DNA from: Actinomycetota bacterium
GTDB taxonomy: Bacteria > Actinomycetota > Acidimicrobiia > Acidimicrobiales > Ilumatobacteraceae
NCBI GenBank assembly: GCA_026393695.1
Contig: JAPKZR010000288.1
Location: forward strand, 1-43,158
Direction: 5' to 3'
DNA length: 43,158 nt
Part shown: one piece after another, positions 1 through 8,176 of the stretch
Layout: each line of letters starts with the position of its first letter
How positions within the stretch are numbered: position 1 is the stretch's first letter
Program-made: the position numbers and the translations under genes
Notes under the pieces: generated by a model
Told to the model about the DNA's origin: nothing
Database searches by the model: none
The model's input: the letters and a program-made list of their open reading frames with translations, nothing else

Positions 1-228
1 ACCATCACCGCTGTTGGTCCGTGGATGTTGATCAACACCAACTCGGGCAAGCAGGTTGATGCCTCGCAAGAGTGGACCGACCCCGAAGCGTTTGCCACGG
101 GCTGTTGCGCCGATCTCCGCTCGGTCGCTCACGACGGCGGCGTTGTCACCGCCTACAACTACGGCCACCTAGCCATCTGGTACCCCAAGTCGGTGGCGCC
201 CACCCCCGCCAAGGTCAACATCCCCTAA
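1..228 (+). CDS. 3' end of a CDS truncated by the window edge; product unknown
   Basis: Frame 1 is open from base 1 to TAA at 226-228. The track ORF 25..228 is only the part after an internal Met. No family recognised. Confidence 0.45.
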   Translation, partial: TITAVGPWMLINTNSGKQVDASQEWTDPEAFATGCCADLRSVAHDGGVVTAYNYGHLAIWYPKSVAPTPAKVNIP

Positions 229-287
229 CCCCCCGCCCCACGCCCCGCCGCCCCCGCCCGCCGCCCCCCAGATCCCCGGTTTTTGCG
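229..287. repeat. C-rich low-complexity tract (G-runs on the minus strand) ending in T5, abutting palindrome copy 1
   Basis: Direct reading: ccccccgccccacgccccgccgcccccgcccgccgccccccagatccccggtttttgcg. Read on the minus strand it is the same kind of A-tract plus G-rich tail seen after copies 2 and 5. Confidence 0.8.
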
Positions 288-336
288 TGCATGGGCGCGA
301 TTTGGGACAACTGCTGTCCCAAAGCGCGCCCATGCA
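288..336. repeat. 49-bp palindromic intergenic repeat, copy 1
   Basis: TGCATGGGCGCGATTTGGGACA-ACTGC-TGTCCCAAAGCGCGCCCATGCA. The arms are 22 nt with one mismatch (A opposite G). It lies between the stop of the truncated CDS and the DUF559 gene. Confidence 0.95.
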
Positions 337-405
337 ACGAGTTTGGTGATCGCCGATAGCGTTCCGAGAACTTCCCCGCAGATCTTGTCTCTCGTGGAGG
401 TTCTC

Positions 406-1341
406 ATGGATCCTGTTTGGCGTCTGTTGATGAACGACTGGCTGTGTGCGCACGCCGGAGTCATCTCAACTTCGCAGTTGCTTGCGTTCGGTTGCGAACG
501 TCGGATGGTGTGCCGCATGGTCGAGCGCCACGAACTGGTGCCCATGTTCGCTGGCGTGTTCCGCAGCGCGCATTGGCCGCACGGGCGAGATCAGCTGATG
601 ACCGCCGCATGCGTTGGCAATCCCAATGCGGTGGTGGCGTTCACCACGGCCGCGTCGCTGTGGGGATTCCGGCGCCTGCCGCACGACTCGGGTGTGCACG
701 TGCTCGTACCCCACGGTTGTTCGCCGACTTTCGATGGTGTCACGGTGCATCGATGCCGGCGAATCGACGCGATCGACATCGTGCAGCGCGCCGATGGCAT
801 CCGCCTCACCAGTCCAACGCGCACGTTGTTCGACAGCGCCGACCAGTTGGGCATCGAGTCGGCGTCGTCGGTGCTTGAGCAGCTCATCAACGACGGCCGC
901 GGCACGTTTGCCACGCATGCCAGCACGGTTGCCCGCCTCGGCCATTCGCGTCGGCCTGGCACGCGCACCATGGTGAAGGTCATCGGCTCGCGACCCGCAT
1001 GGCGCAAGGCCATGCAGTCTGATCTTGAAGCGCGGGTGCTCAACGAGATGGCTCGTCAGAACCTTCCGGTGCCGCGGGTTCAGTATCCATTTCGGATGCC
1101 CGATGGTCGGCGCATCCGATTCGATTTTGCGTGGCCAACCTTGCGCGAGGCGCTCGAGGTCGACCATCCGTTCTGGCATGCGGGCGCATCCGAGTCGCAT
1201 CGCGACAAGCATCGAGACCGCAAAATGGGCACGGTCGGATGGCATACAACTCGCATCACCAGCCTCGACATCGACGGTGGCCTCCGCGAGTCGATCGCCG
1301 ACATCGCTGCGATCTTGGCTCAAGCCCGTCCCCACCGCTGA
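406..1341 (+). CDS. DUF559 / Vsr-like endonuclease-fold domain protein with an N-terminal AbiEi_4-like winged-helix region
   Basis: The C-terminus (...RIRFDFAWPTLREALEVDHPFWH...HRDRKMGTVGWHTTRIT) matches the DUF559 core pattern. The N-terminal half resembles the wHTH region usual in actinobacterial DUF559 proteins. GGAGG at 396-400 sits 5 nt before ATG 406. The track ORF start at 283 reads through repeat copy 1 and is rejected. Confidence 0.8.
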   Translation: MDPVWRLLMNDWLCAHAGVISTSQLLAFGCERRMVCRMVERHELVPMFAGVFRSAHWPHGRDQLMTAACVGNPNAVVAFTTAASLWGFRRLPHDSGVHVLVPHGCSPTFDGVTVHRCRRIDAIDIVQRADGIRLTSPTRTLFDSADQLGIESASSVLEQLINDGRGTFATHASTVARLGHSRRPGTRTMVKVIGSRPAWRKAMQSDLEARVLNEMARQNLPVPRVQYPFRMPDGRRIRFDFAWPTLREALEVDHPFWHAGASESHRDKHRDRKMGTVGWHTTRITSLDIDGGLRESIADIAAILAQARPHR

Positions 1342-1371
1342 CCCCGACTCAGCATCGTCCCCAAACCCTGT

Positions 1372-1420
1372 TGCATGGGCGCGATTTGGGACAACTGCTG
1401 TCCCAAATCGCGCCCATGCA
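1372..1420. repeat. 49-bp palindromic intergenic repeat, copy 2
   Basis: TGCATGGGCGCGATTTGGGACA-ACTGC-TGTCCCAAATCGCGCCCATGCA, with perfect 22-nt arms. It lies between convergent genes (DUF559 stop 1341, hydrolase stop 1494). Confidence 0.97.
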
Positions 1421-1482
1421 GACAAAAGCAGGGCTGGAGAGCGTGGAGAGCGTGCCGGGCGGAGTTGAGAGCCGGGCGGAGT
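1421..1482. repeat. A-tract plus G-rich tail of copy 2, built from short direct repeats
   Basis: The tail starts gacaaaag. GGAGAGCGT is then tandemly duplicated (1436-1444, 1445-1453), and GCCGGGCGGAGT occurs twice (1454-1465, 1471-1482). Confidence 0.85.
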
Positions 1483-1493
1483 AGGGGAGTGGG

Positions 1494-3149
1494 CTACTTG
1501 GCGGTGATGCCGGTGCCGGTTGGGATGCTGATGGAGATCGCGCTGAAGTCGATCTTGCCGCCAAGGCGCGGCTGGGCGTAAGCGACCGTGGTGGCCACGA
1601 TTTGCAGGGTGACGCTGGTGCCGGGGTGTGCAGTAAACGCAACCACCTCAAGCGGAACTGTCACCGTGTGCGGCTGGCCATCGAGCGTGACAGCGATGGG
1701 CGTGATCTGGTTGCCGAGCACCAGTCCGGTGGCGTCGTCGACTAGTTGAGCGAACACCCGAGTAGGCCGCACGCCATCGGGCGTGCTGCCGCTATAGGTA
1801 ATGGTCAGTTCGGGTGCGCCGATCATGATCGCAGTAGTTGCAGATGCAACTACTTTCACATCGACGGCATTGGTTGCCTTGGCTGGCGTGATCGGTGGAA
1901 CCACTGCATCGAGAATCGATCCGGTGCTTGAGTCGGTTACCGGGCCCGCTCCGCCGTCGGCCGTGAGCGACAGCGATCCGCTGCCCTCGGCCTTGAGGGC
2001 AGCGCCGGCAGCAACGGGGTAGTCGTCGGCCACGTATGAGATGCCGTCTTGATCGACGAACTCAAACCGTGCGCCAGTACTCACTGCAGCATCCTGTTTC
2101 ACATAGCGATCGAGCCAGGCAATGCTGGCGTCGGATACGCGAGCAACATCGCCTGGCTTGGTGAGGCAGATGCCGTGGCCGCCGCAGAACCACATCATCG
2201 CCGACGGAGCGCCCGAGTTCTTGAGCAACGCAAAGTTGCTGATCGCTTCATCGAGCGAGAACAAGGTGTCGACGGTTCCCTGCACGATCAGAGTGGGAAT
2301 CTTGATCTTGCTGATCAAGTCACCAGGACCGCGGCTGGCAAACCAAGCCTTGTTTTCGTCGGACACAGTGCCGGTGTCCTTGCTCGAGGTGTTGGCATCG
2401 GTGATGTGCGGATCAACCTGGCGGCCGTTAGATACAAGCGTCAAGATGCCCGACCATCCGGTCTTGGCCGTGTCGGACTTGAACAAACTGGTGACCAACG
2501 AGTGCCACGCAATCACCGGCACGATTGCGTCGACACGGCAGTCGATCGCAGCAGTGACCAACTGGATGCCGCCGCCATACGAAGCGCCGATCATCCCCAT
2601 CCGTGGGTCGCCCGCTTGATCGAGTTCTACTGCAGGTTGTTCGGCAACCCAATCGATGAGCTGGCCAACATCGAGCGCTTCGTGGTCCACATCATCGATG
2701 GTGATGGTGCCGGTGGACTTTCCGAAACCGCGAGGATCCCACGTGAGCACGTTGTAGCCGGCGGCGCGCAATGTGGCGATGTTTACTTGGCCGAGGATGC
2801 CAACGACGTCGGGATTGGTGTCGCCACCCGAACCCCAGCCGGGCCCCATCAACACGGTTGGGGCCACCTCGCCAGATGCGAGTGACGGCAGCGGGAACCA
2901 ATGGGCGCGGATGATGGTGCCATCGAACGAGGTGATGTCGTAGTCGCTGGAGGCATCGGCAACAGCGGCGGCTGTGGGAGCGCCAGCGTCCTTCACCGAA
3001 CAGCCAGCCGAAGCAGCCTGCGTGTCGGCGGTAGCGGTATCTGTGGTGACTGAAGCCGGTGTCGACGGTGCAACTGACGAGTTGGCGGCGCTCGAAGAAC
3101 TGCATGCAGCCACGGTGAGCGCAGCAACGCACACCAAGGCCACCCGCAT
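1494..3149 (-). CDS. Secreted lipoprotein; alpha/beta-fold serine hydrolase (CocE/NonD / peptidase S15-like)
   Basis: MRVALVCVAALTVAAC is a lipoprotein signal with lipobox. GASYGG is a nucleophile elbow. The size and C-terminal beta-rich domain fit CocE/NonD-type hydrolases. Start is set at ATG 3149 because the longer track ORF (to 3272) reads through repeat copy 3. Confidence 0.75.
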   Translation of the reverse strand: MRVALVCVAALTVAACSSSSAANSSVAPSTPASVTTDTATADTQAASAGCSVKDAGAPTAAAVADASSDYDITSFDGTIIRAHWFPLPSLASGEVAPTVLMGPGWGSGGDTNPDVVGILGQVNIATLRAAGYNVLTWDPRGFGKSTGTITIDDVDHEALDVGQLIDWVAEQPAVELDQAGDPRMGMIGASYGGGIQLVTAAIDCRVDAIVPVIAWHSLVTSLFKSDTAKTGWSGILTLVSNGRQVDPHITDANTSSKDTGTVSDENKAWFASRGPGDLISKIKIPTLIVQGTVDTLFSLDEAISNFALLKNSGAPSAMMWFCGGHGICLTKPGDVARVSDASIAWLDRYVKQDAAVSTGARFEFVDQDGISYVADDYPVAAGAALKAEGSGSLSLTADGGAGPVTDSSTGSILDAVVPPITPAKATNAVDVKVVASATTAIMIGAPELTITYSGSTPDGVRPTRVFAQLVDDATGLVLGNQITPIAVTLDGQPHTVTVPLEVVAFTAHPGTSVTLQIVATTVAYAQPRLGGKIDFSAISISIPTGTGITAK

Positions 3150-3155
3150 CTTGTT

Positions 3156-3204
3156 TGCATGGGCGCGGTTTGGGACAACTCCTGTCCCAAACCGCGCCCA
3201 TGCG
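3156..3204. repeat. 49-bp palindromic intergenic repeat, copy 3
   Basis: TGCATGGGCGCGGTTTGGGACA-ACTCC-TGTCCCAAACCGCGCCCATGCG. It carries an A>G / T>C compensatory pair relative to copies 2 and 4. It ends 6 nt from the hydrolase start codon, in a divergent promoter region. Confidence 0.95.
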
Positions 3205-3281
3205 GGATGGGTGGACGTGGGGGAGGTGGCAGACGAGTGCGACCGGTGACGGGAGAGCAGCATGGGTGTCAAAGTATCAGG

Positions 3282-3303
3282 CTCGATATTGCGGCGTATC
3301 GAG
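3282..3303. promoter_or_regulatory. Inverted repeat CTCGATA-N8-TATCGAG in the divergent region upstream of the EF-G-like gene
   Basis: Direct reading. It sits in the locally AT-richer stretch of the 3205-3411 intergenic region. The binding factor is unknown. Confidence 0.3.
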
Positions 3304-3411
3304 GATCTATTGGGACTTCCGGCCCTAGTAGCCGCTCAGTCAACGGGCGTACCGTCCAGATCAGATTCGAATCGCTCGAACTAATCCGACAAGCGACCTC
3401 TCGGTCGAGAT

Positions 3412-5538
3412 ATGGGGCCTATCGCCGTGATGAGTTACCCAACCGACAAGATCCGCAATGTTGTGCTGGTCGGCCATAGCGGGTCTGGCAAGACCACGTT
3501 GGCAGAGGCTGTCTTGGTGAAGGCAGGAGCGATTGAGCGCGGTGGGCGTGTGGATGAAGGCACCAGTGTGCTCGACAATGAACCAGAAGAGATCCGTCGG
3601 CGGCTCTCGCTCACGCTCTCGATGGCGCCGTTCGAATGGCAGGCCCCCGACGGGCTGACCTACAAGATCAATCTGATCGACACTCCCGGATATGCCGACT
3701 TCGTCGACGAGGTCGATGCCGCGCTCGATGTTGCCGACCTTGCCGTGGTCGTGGTGAGTGCCGTTGATGGCGTCGAGTTGCAGACCGAACTGCTGTGGCG
3801 CAAGGTTGCCGAACGGGGCATGCCGCGCATGATCTTCGTGAACAAGCAGGATCGTGAACGCGCCGATTTCGATGGCGTGCTCGCTCAGCTGCGAGCAGTG
3901 TTTGGCGCAGCGGTGCTGGCGCTCGAGCTTCCACTCGGAGAGGCCGCGGCACTGCACGGGCTCGCCGATGTGCTGGCCGAAGAGGCACTCGAATACTCAC
4001 CGGGTCATCCGCGTCGCGTCGATGCGTTGCCGCAGGACATTGTCGACCGCGAACACGACGCACACATGGCGCTCGTTGAGGAGATCGTTGCTGGCGACGA
4101 CGAGCAGCTTGGCCACTACCTCGCTGGCGACGAGCTCAGCGTGGCTGATCTTGAGCGAACCCTCGCACGCGAAGTTTGCGAGTGTAAAGCGTTCCCGCTG
4201 TTGGTCGGGTCGGCTGCCACCGGCGTTGGGGTTGATCGTCTTGCTGACTTCATCTGCGAGCTTGCCCCGTCGCCGCTCGATCGCGCAGTCGGCGTGTTCG
4301 CGGCAGAACAAATGATTCCTGTTTCGGCCGATGCTTTGGGCTCGTCGTTGGCCTACGTATTCAAGACCGTTGCCGATCCGTTCGTGGGTCAGCTGTCGTT
4401 GTTCAAAGTGCTGTCGGGAACGATCACTGCCGACGATCGCTTGGTGAACGGCCGAACCGGTGGCGACGAACGGCTACGCACGCTGTTCACGCTGCGCGGC
4501 AAGGAGCAGGCGCCGATGGCGAAGCTTTCTGCGGGCGATATCGGCGGTGTGTCGAAGCTTGCCGACTCGCGTGCCGGCGACACATTGGCGCCGAAAGGTT
4601 TGCCGGTGTCGATGCCGGTCAACGATCGCCTCGTGCCGCAGTTTGGTGTGGCGATCACGCCTCGCACCCAAGCCGACGATGACAAGCTTGGCTCTGCGTT
4701 GAACAAGTTGCTGGCCGAGGATCCGTCCTTGCGACTTGACCATGTTGCCGAAACGGGTCAGACGATCTTGCGTGGCTTTGGCGAGATGCACGTAGCGGTT
4801 GCCATCGAACGGCTCGCCCGCAAGTTCGGGGCATACGTAGACACGGGAGAGGTGTGCGTGGCCTATCGCGAAACCATCGCTAGTACCGCCGAAGCTGCGG
4901 GCAAAGTAAAGAAGCAGACCGGTGGCCATGGCCAGTACGCGGTAGCGAACCTGCGTGTTGCGCCCTTGCTTCGTGGAGCCGGGTTCGAGTTCACCGATTC
5001 GATTGTGGGCGGGGCGTTACCTCGCACGTTTATCTCGGCGGTGCAAAAAGGTGTCGAGGAAGCGATGCTGCGCGGCGGCCTCTACGGCTTCCCCGTGGTC
5101 GACGTTCATGTTGATTGTTTCGACGGCAAGTTCCACTCGGTCGATTCAAGCGAGATGGCGTTTAGGTCGGCCGCTGCTCAGGGCCTCAAAGATGCGCTCG
5201 CCGCCGCTGGAGTGTCGGTGCTTGAACCAATTTCACTGGTCACCGTGACCGTGCCAAGTTTGTTCGAGGGCGAAGTGATGACTGACATCGTTGCGCGTCG
5301 CGGACGTGTGCAGGGCACCGATCTGGGTCCATACGGACAGCATCTGATTCATGCGCTGGTGCCCGCAAGTGAGTTGATGCGCTACGCCGTTGAGCTTCGT
5401 TCAATGACCGCGGGACGCGGGCAGTTCAGCGTGCAGCATGATCACTACGACACGCTTCCGGCTCACCTTGTGAAAAAGGCGGTCGAGGCGTCGCAACGCA
5501 CCACGGGCCATTCGTCGAAAGAGATGTCGACGAAGTGA
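3412..5538 (+). CDS. Elongation factor G-like translational GTPase (EF-G paralogue)
   Basis: G1 motif VGHSGSGKTTL, DTPGYADF (G3) and NKQD (G4), with full five-domain EF-G length. It is not in an rpsL-rpsG-fusA-tuf context. In-frame alternative starts are GTG 3427 and ATG 3430. Confidence 0.9.
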   Translation: MGPIAVMSYPTDKIRNVVLVGHSGSGKTTLAEAVLVKAGAIERGGRVDEGTSVLDNEPEEIRRRLSLTLSMAPFEWQAPDGLTYKINLIDTPGYADFVDEVDAALDVADLAVVVVSAVDGVELQTELLWRKVAERGMPRMIFVNKQDRERADFDGVLAQLRAVFGAAVLALELPLGEAAALHGLADVLAEEALEYSPGHPRRVDALPQDIVDREHDAHMALVEEIVAGDDEQLGHYLAGDELSVADLERTLAREVCECKAFPLLVGSAATGVGVDRLADFICELAPSPLDRAVGVFAAEQMIPVSADALGSSLAYVFKTVADPFVGQLSLFKVLSGTITADDRLVNGRTGGDERLRTLFTLRGKEQAPMAKLSAGDIGGVSKLADSRAGDTLAPKGLPVSMPVNDRLVPQFGVAITPRTQADDDKLGSALNKLLAEDPSLRLDHVAETGQTILRGFGEMHVAVAIERLARKFGAYVDTGEVCVAYRETIASTAEAAGKVKKQTGGHGQYAVANLRVAPLLRGAGFEFTDSIVGGALPRTFISAVQKGVEEAMLRGGLYGFPVVDVHVDCFDGKFHSVDSSEMAFRSAAAQGLKDALAAAGVSVLEPISLVTVTVPSLFEGEVMTDIVARRGRVQGTDLGPYGQHLIHALVPASELMRYAVELRSMTAGRGQFSVQHDHYDTLPAHLVKKAVEASQRTTGHSSKEMSTK

Positions 5539-5572
5539 GCCAAACCGTGTTGGCAGAGTAGAAAGGCTCTGC

Positions 5573-6694
5573 ATGGATCTCTCGGTTACGGTCACACCTC
5601 TTTATCTCGGATCAATGGTTGCTGAAGATCGCGCCCTCAAGAAGCGGGCTGCGGTTCACGGTCCTTCGGCTGCCGACTATCTCAAGGCCGATACGCGGGC
5701 GAGCCTCGCGATGGGCTTCGGCAGCGTGATCGTTCCGATCACCGAATACCTTCTGCGCCCGTTGATTCCCGGTAAGGGACGCTTTGGCCGTCTGCTCATC
5801 GGCACCGCTGTGTCAGCAGTTGTCGTGACCTCGGTCGCCGATCGCATCGTGAAGCAAGCGCCCGATACCGACCAGGGCCACCGACTGCGGCGGCGCGCTC
5901 GACAGGTAGCCAGCGTCGGCGGCGTTACCGCCATCGCTGCGGGTGGACTCGCTCTCACCACGGGTACGACCTATCTCACCAATGCCCAACGGCAGTGGAG
6001 CAAGGGTAAGCATCGCGACCTTGGCAAAGGCCCGCTTGCCTGGCTGACCGCGATGATCGGCTGGGATTTCATCTACTACTGGAACCATCGCTTCATGCAT
6101 CAGATTCGTGTGATGTGGGCGATTCACGTAGTGCACCACTCCAGCGAGCATTACAACTTGTCTACCGCTCTTCGTCAGCCGGTGGCCAGTGCGTTTGGCG
6201 TGTGGGTGCCAGCAGGATGGCTCGCCCGACTGGGCGTGCGGCCAACGCTCATCGAGACGTCACGAGCGCTGAACTTGATCTACCAATTCTGGATTCACAC
6301 CGATCTCGTGCGCACATTGGGGCCCGCCGAAGAAGTGCTCAACACGCCGTCGCATCACCGTGCCCATCACGGCGTCAACAAGCGTTACCTCGATCGCAAC
6401 CATGGCGGAATCCTCATCATTTGGGATCGGCTGTTTGGCACGTTCGCTCGCGAACGCGCCGACGACCCTGTTGTGTACGGCCTGACCAAGAACATCGACA
6501 CCTACAACGTGGTCACAATCGCCACACACGAATACCGCGACATTGTGCGCGACGTCGCCAACTCAACGAACTGGAAAGACCGTCTGTCGTTCGTATTCCG
6601 CGGCCCAGGTTGGGCGTACTCGAGGCACGAGGCACAGCGATACAGCGAAGTAGCCCCCATCGAATTCGACACTGCGAACTTGGAGCCCATGTGA
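5573..6694 (+). CDS. Fatty acid hydroxylase / sterol desaturase superfamily membrane di-iron oxygenase
   Basis: Histidine boxes HRFMH, HVVHH and HHRAHH, hydrophobic N-terminal segments, and GAAAGG upstream of ATG 5573. Confidence 0.88.
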   Translation: MDLSVTVTPLYLGSMVAEDRALKKRAAVHGPSAADYLKADTRASLAMGFGSVIVPITEYLLRPLIPGKGRFGRLLIGTAVSAVVVTSVADRIVKQAPDTDQGHRLRRRARQVASVGGVTAIAAGGLALTTGTTYLTNAQRQWSKGKHRDLGKGPLAWLTAMIGWDFIYYWNHRFMHQIRVMWAIHVVHHSSEHYNLSTALRQPVASAFGVWVPAGWLARLGVRPTLIETSRALNLIYQFWIHTDLVRTLGPAEEVLNTPSHHRAHHGVNKRYLDRNHGGILIIWDRLFGTFARERADDPVVYGLTKNIDTYNVVTIATHEYRDIVRDVANSTNWKDRLSFVFRGPGWAYSRHEAQRYSEVAPIEFDTANLEPM

Positions 6695-8169
6695 CCACTG
6701 AAGCCAACAACGAGGCAGCGCAACGCCCGCTTCGATTCGCCATCATCGGCGCCGGTATGTCGGGCATTCTCAGCGCTATCAAGCTTTCCGAGGCTGGCTT
6801 CAACGATTACACGGTCTACGAAAAGGCCGAACGCCTTGGCGGAACGTGGCGAGAGAACACCTATCCGGGCATCGCTTGCGATGTGCCGTCGCACCTCTAT
6901 AGCTACTCGTTTGAGCCCAACCCCGAGTGGAGTCACCGCTTTGCTCCGGGTGCCGAAATTCAGGCCTACTTCGAGGGTGTCGCGCAGAGGCACGCAGTCC
7001 CTGAGCGCATCGTGTTTGGCACCGCAATATCTCAGGCCGAGTTCGTGAATGGCCGATGGAACCTCACCACTACCGACGGGCGCACCGACACCGTCGACGT
7101 GATCATTGCGGCCACCGGCGTGTTGCACCATCCCAACATTCCGCATCTCGACGGCATCGAGTCGTTCGCGGGGGCCTCATTTCACAGCGCGCGCTGGGAC
7201 CACAGCGTGCAGCTTGATGGCCGTCGCGTCGGCGTGATTGGCACGGGTTCTACGGCGGTGCAGATCGTGGCAGCGTTGGTCGATCAGGTCAGTGAGATCA
7301 CCATGTTTCAGCGCACGCCGCAGTGGATTGGCCCACAGGAAAATCCGGCCTTCACCGAGGCCGAGATTGAGCAATTCAAGGAACATCCCGAGATCATCAC
7401 GATGATGCGCGACGAAATTTCGCGCGGCTTCGCCGATCGGTTTTCGAATGCTGTGATCAACGCCGATTCGCCTGAGATGCAACTCATTGAGGCGGTTTGT
7501 AAGGCGCATCTCGAAGACAGCGTGCACGACCCGGTGCTGCGCGAAAAGCTGCGGCCCGACTATCGAGCTGCGTGTAAGCGCCTCGTCATTTCTGGCGACT
7601 TTTATTCGGCTATCCAAAAGCCCAAAGCCGAACTGGTCACCGAAGGCATCCAGTGCATCGAGCCAGGCGGCGTGCGCACTGTCGACGGGCAACTGCACGA
7701 ACTCGATGTGCTCGTGTTGGCAACCGGTTTCCGCGTCGACCGCTTCATGCGCCCGATGAATGTGATCGGTCGCGACGGCCGAGTGCTCGACGACGTGTGG
7801 GCTCATGGTCCAGTGGCAATGCTGTCGATCTCAGTGCCTGACTTCCCGAACCTGTTCATGCTCAACGGCCCCAACGGTCCGGTGGGCAACTTCTCGCTGA
7901 TCGAGGTGGCCGAACTGCAGATTGCCTACGTGCTCGAACTTGTCGAAGAGATTCGCGCCGGACGTTGCACACAGATCAGCGCAGGCCGCGAAGCCACGGC
8001 CGCGTTCGATGCTGCACGTAAAGAAGCCGCCAAGACCACGGTGTGGGCCACCGGCTGTCGCAGTTGGTATCTCGACGCCGATGGTATTCCAGCCACCTGG
8101 CCGTGGACCTTCGATCACTTCCGTCACGAGATGGCGGCACCCAAGATGGACCACTACGAACGCATCTAG
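6691..8169 (+). CDS. Type I Baeyer-Villiger / flavin-containing monooxygenase
   Basis: GAGMSG (FAD Rossmann), BVMO fingerprint FAGASFHSARWD (FxGxxxHxxxW[P/D]), and a second Rossmann GVIGTGSTAVQ. GTG 6691 overlaps the upstream stop (ATGTGA), with GGAG at 6682-6685. The track ORF extension back to 6115 overlaps the hydroxylase gene and is rejected. Confidence 0.88.
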   Translation: MTTEANNEAAQRPLRFAIIGAGMSGILSAIKLSEAGFNDYTVYEKAERLGGTWRENTYPGIACDVPSHLYSYSFEPNPEWSHRFAPGAEIQAYFEGVAQRHAVPERIVFGTAISQAEFVNGRWNLTTTDGRTDTVDVIIAATGVLHHPNIPHLDGIESFAGASFHSARWDHSVQLDGRRVGVIGTGSTAVQIVAALVDQVSEITMFQRTPQWIGPQENPAFTEAEIEQFKEHPEIITMMRDEISRGFADRFSNAVINADSPEMQLIEAVCKAHLEDSVHDPVLREKLRPDYRAACKRLVISGDFYSAIQKPKAELVTEGIQCIEPGGVRTVDGQLHELDVLVLATGFRVDRFMRPMNVIGRDGRVLDDVWAHGPVAMLSISVPDFPNLFMLNGPNGPVGNFSLIEVAELQIAYVLELVEEIRAGRCTQISAGREATAAFDAARKEAAKTTVWATGCRSWYLDADGIPATWPWTFDHFRHEMAAPKMDHYERI

Positions 8170-8176
8170 TTCGCGC

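Noticed and set aside
283-405. N-terminal extension of the DUF559 ORF (track start 283)
   Set aside because: These codons are the translation of palindrome copy 1 (MRAWARFGTTAVPKRAHA...). A proper GGAGG-ATG start exists at 406.
466-1425. 319-aa minus-strand ORF antisense to the DUF559 gene
   Set aside because: No recognisable motifs, and its ends run into the palindromes. This is a typical high-GC antisense open frame.
288-3204. Palindromes as integron attC sites delimiting cassettes
   Set aside because: There is no GTTRRRY core at the element borders and no intI or attI in the window. The arms are too perfect and too uniform in length for attC sites, and the two bracketed genes are in opposite orientations.
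3150-3272. N-terminal extension of the hydrolase ORF
   Set aside because: It reads through palindrome copy 3. The lipoprotein signal peptide begins exactly at ATG 3149.
6115-6690. Upstream 192 codons of the 684-aa track ORF
   Set aside because: It overlaps the well-supported hydroxylase gene in another frame and is Arg/Pro-rich. The BVMO Rossmann motif begins right after GTG 6691.
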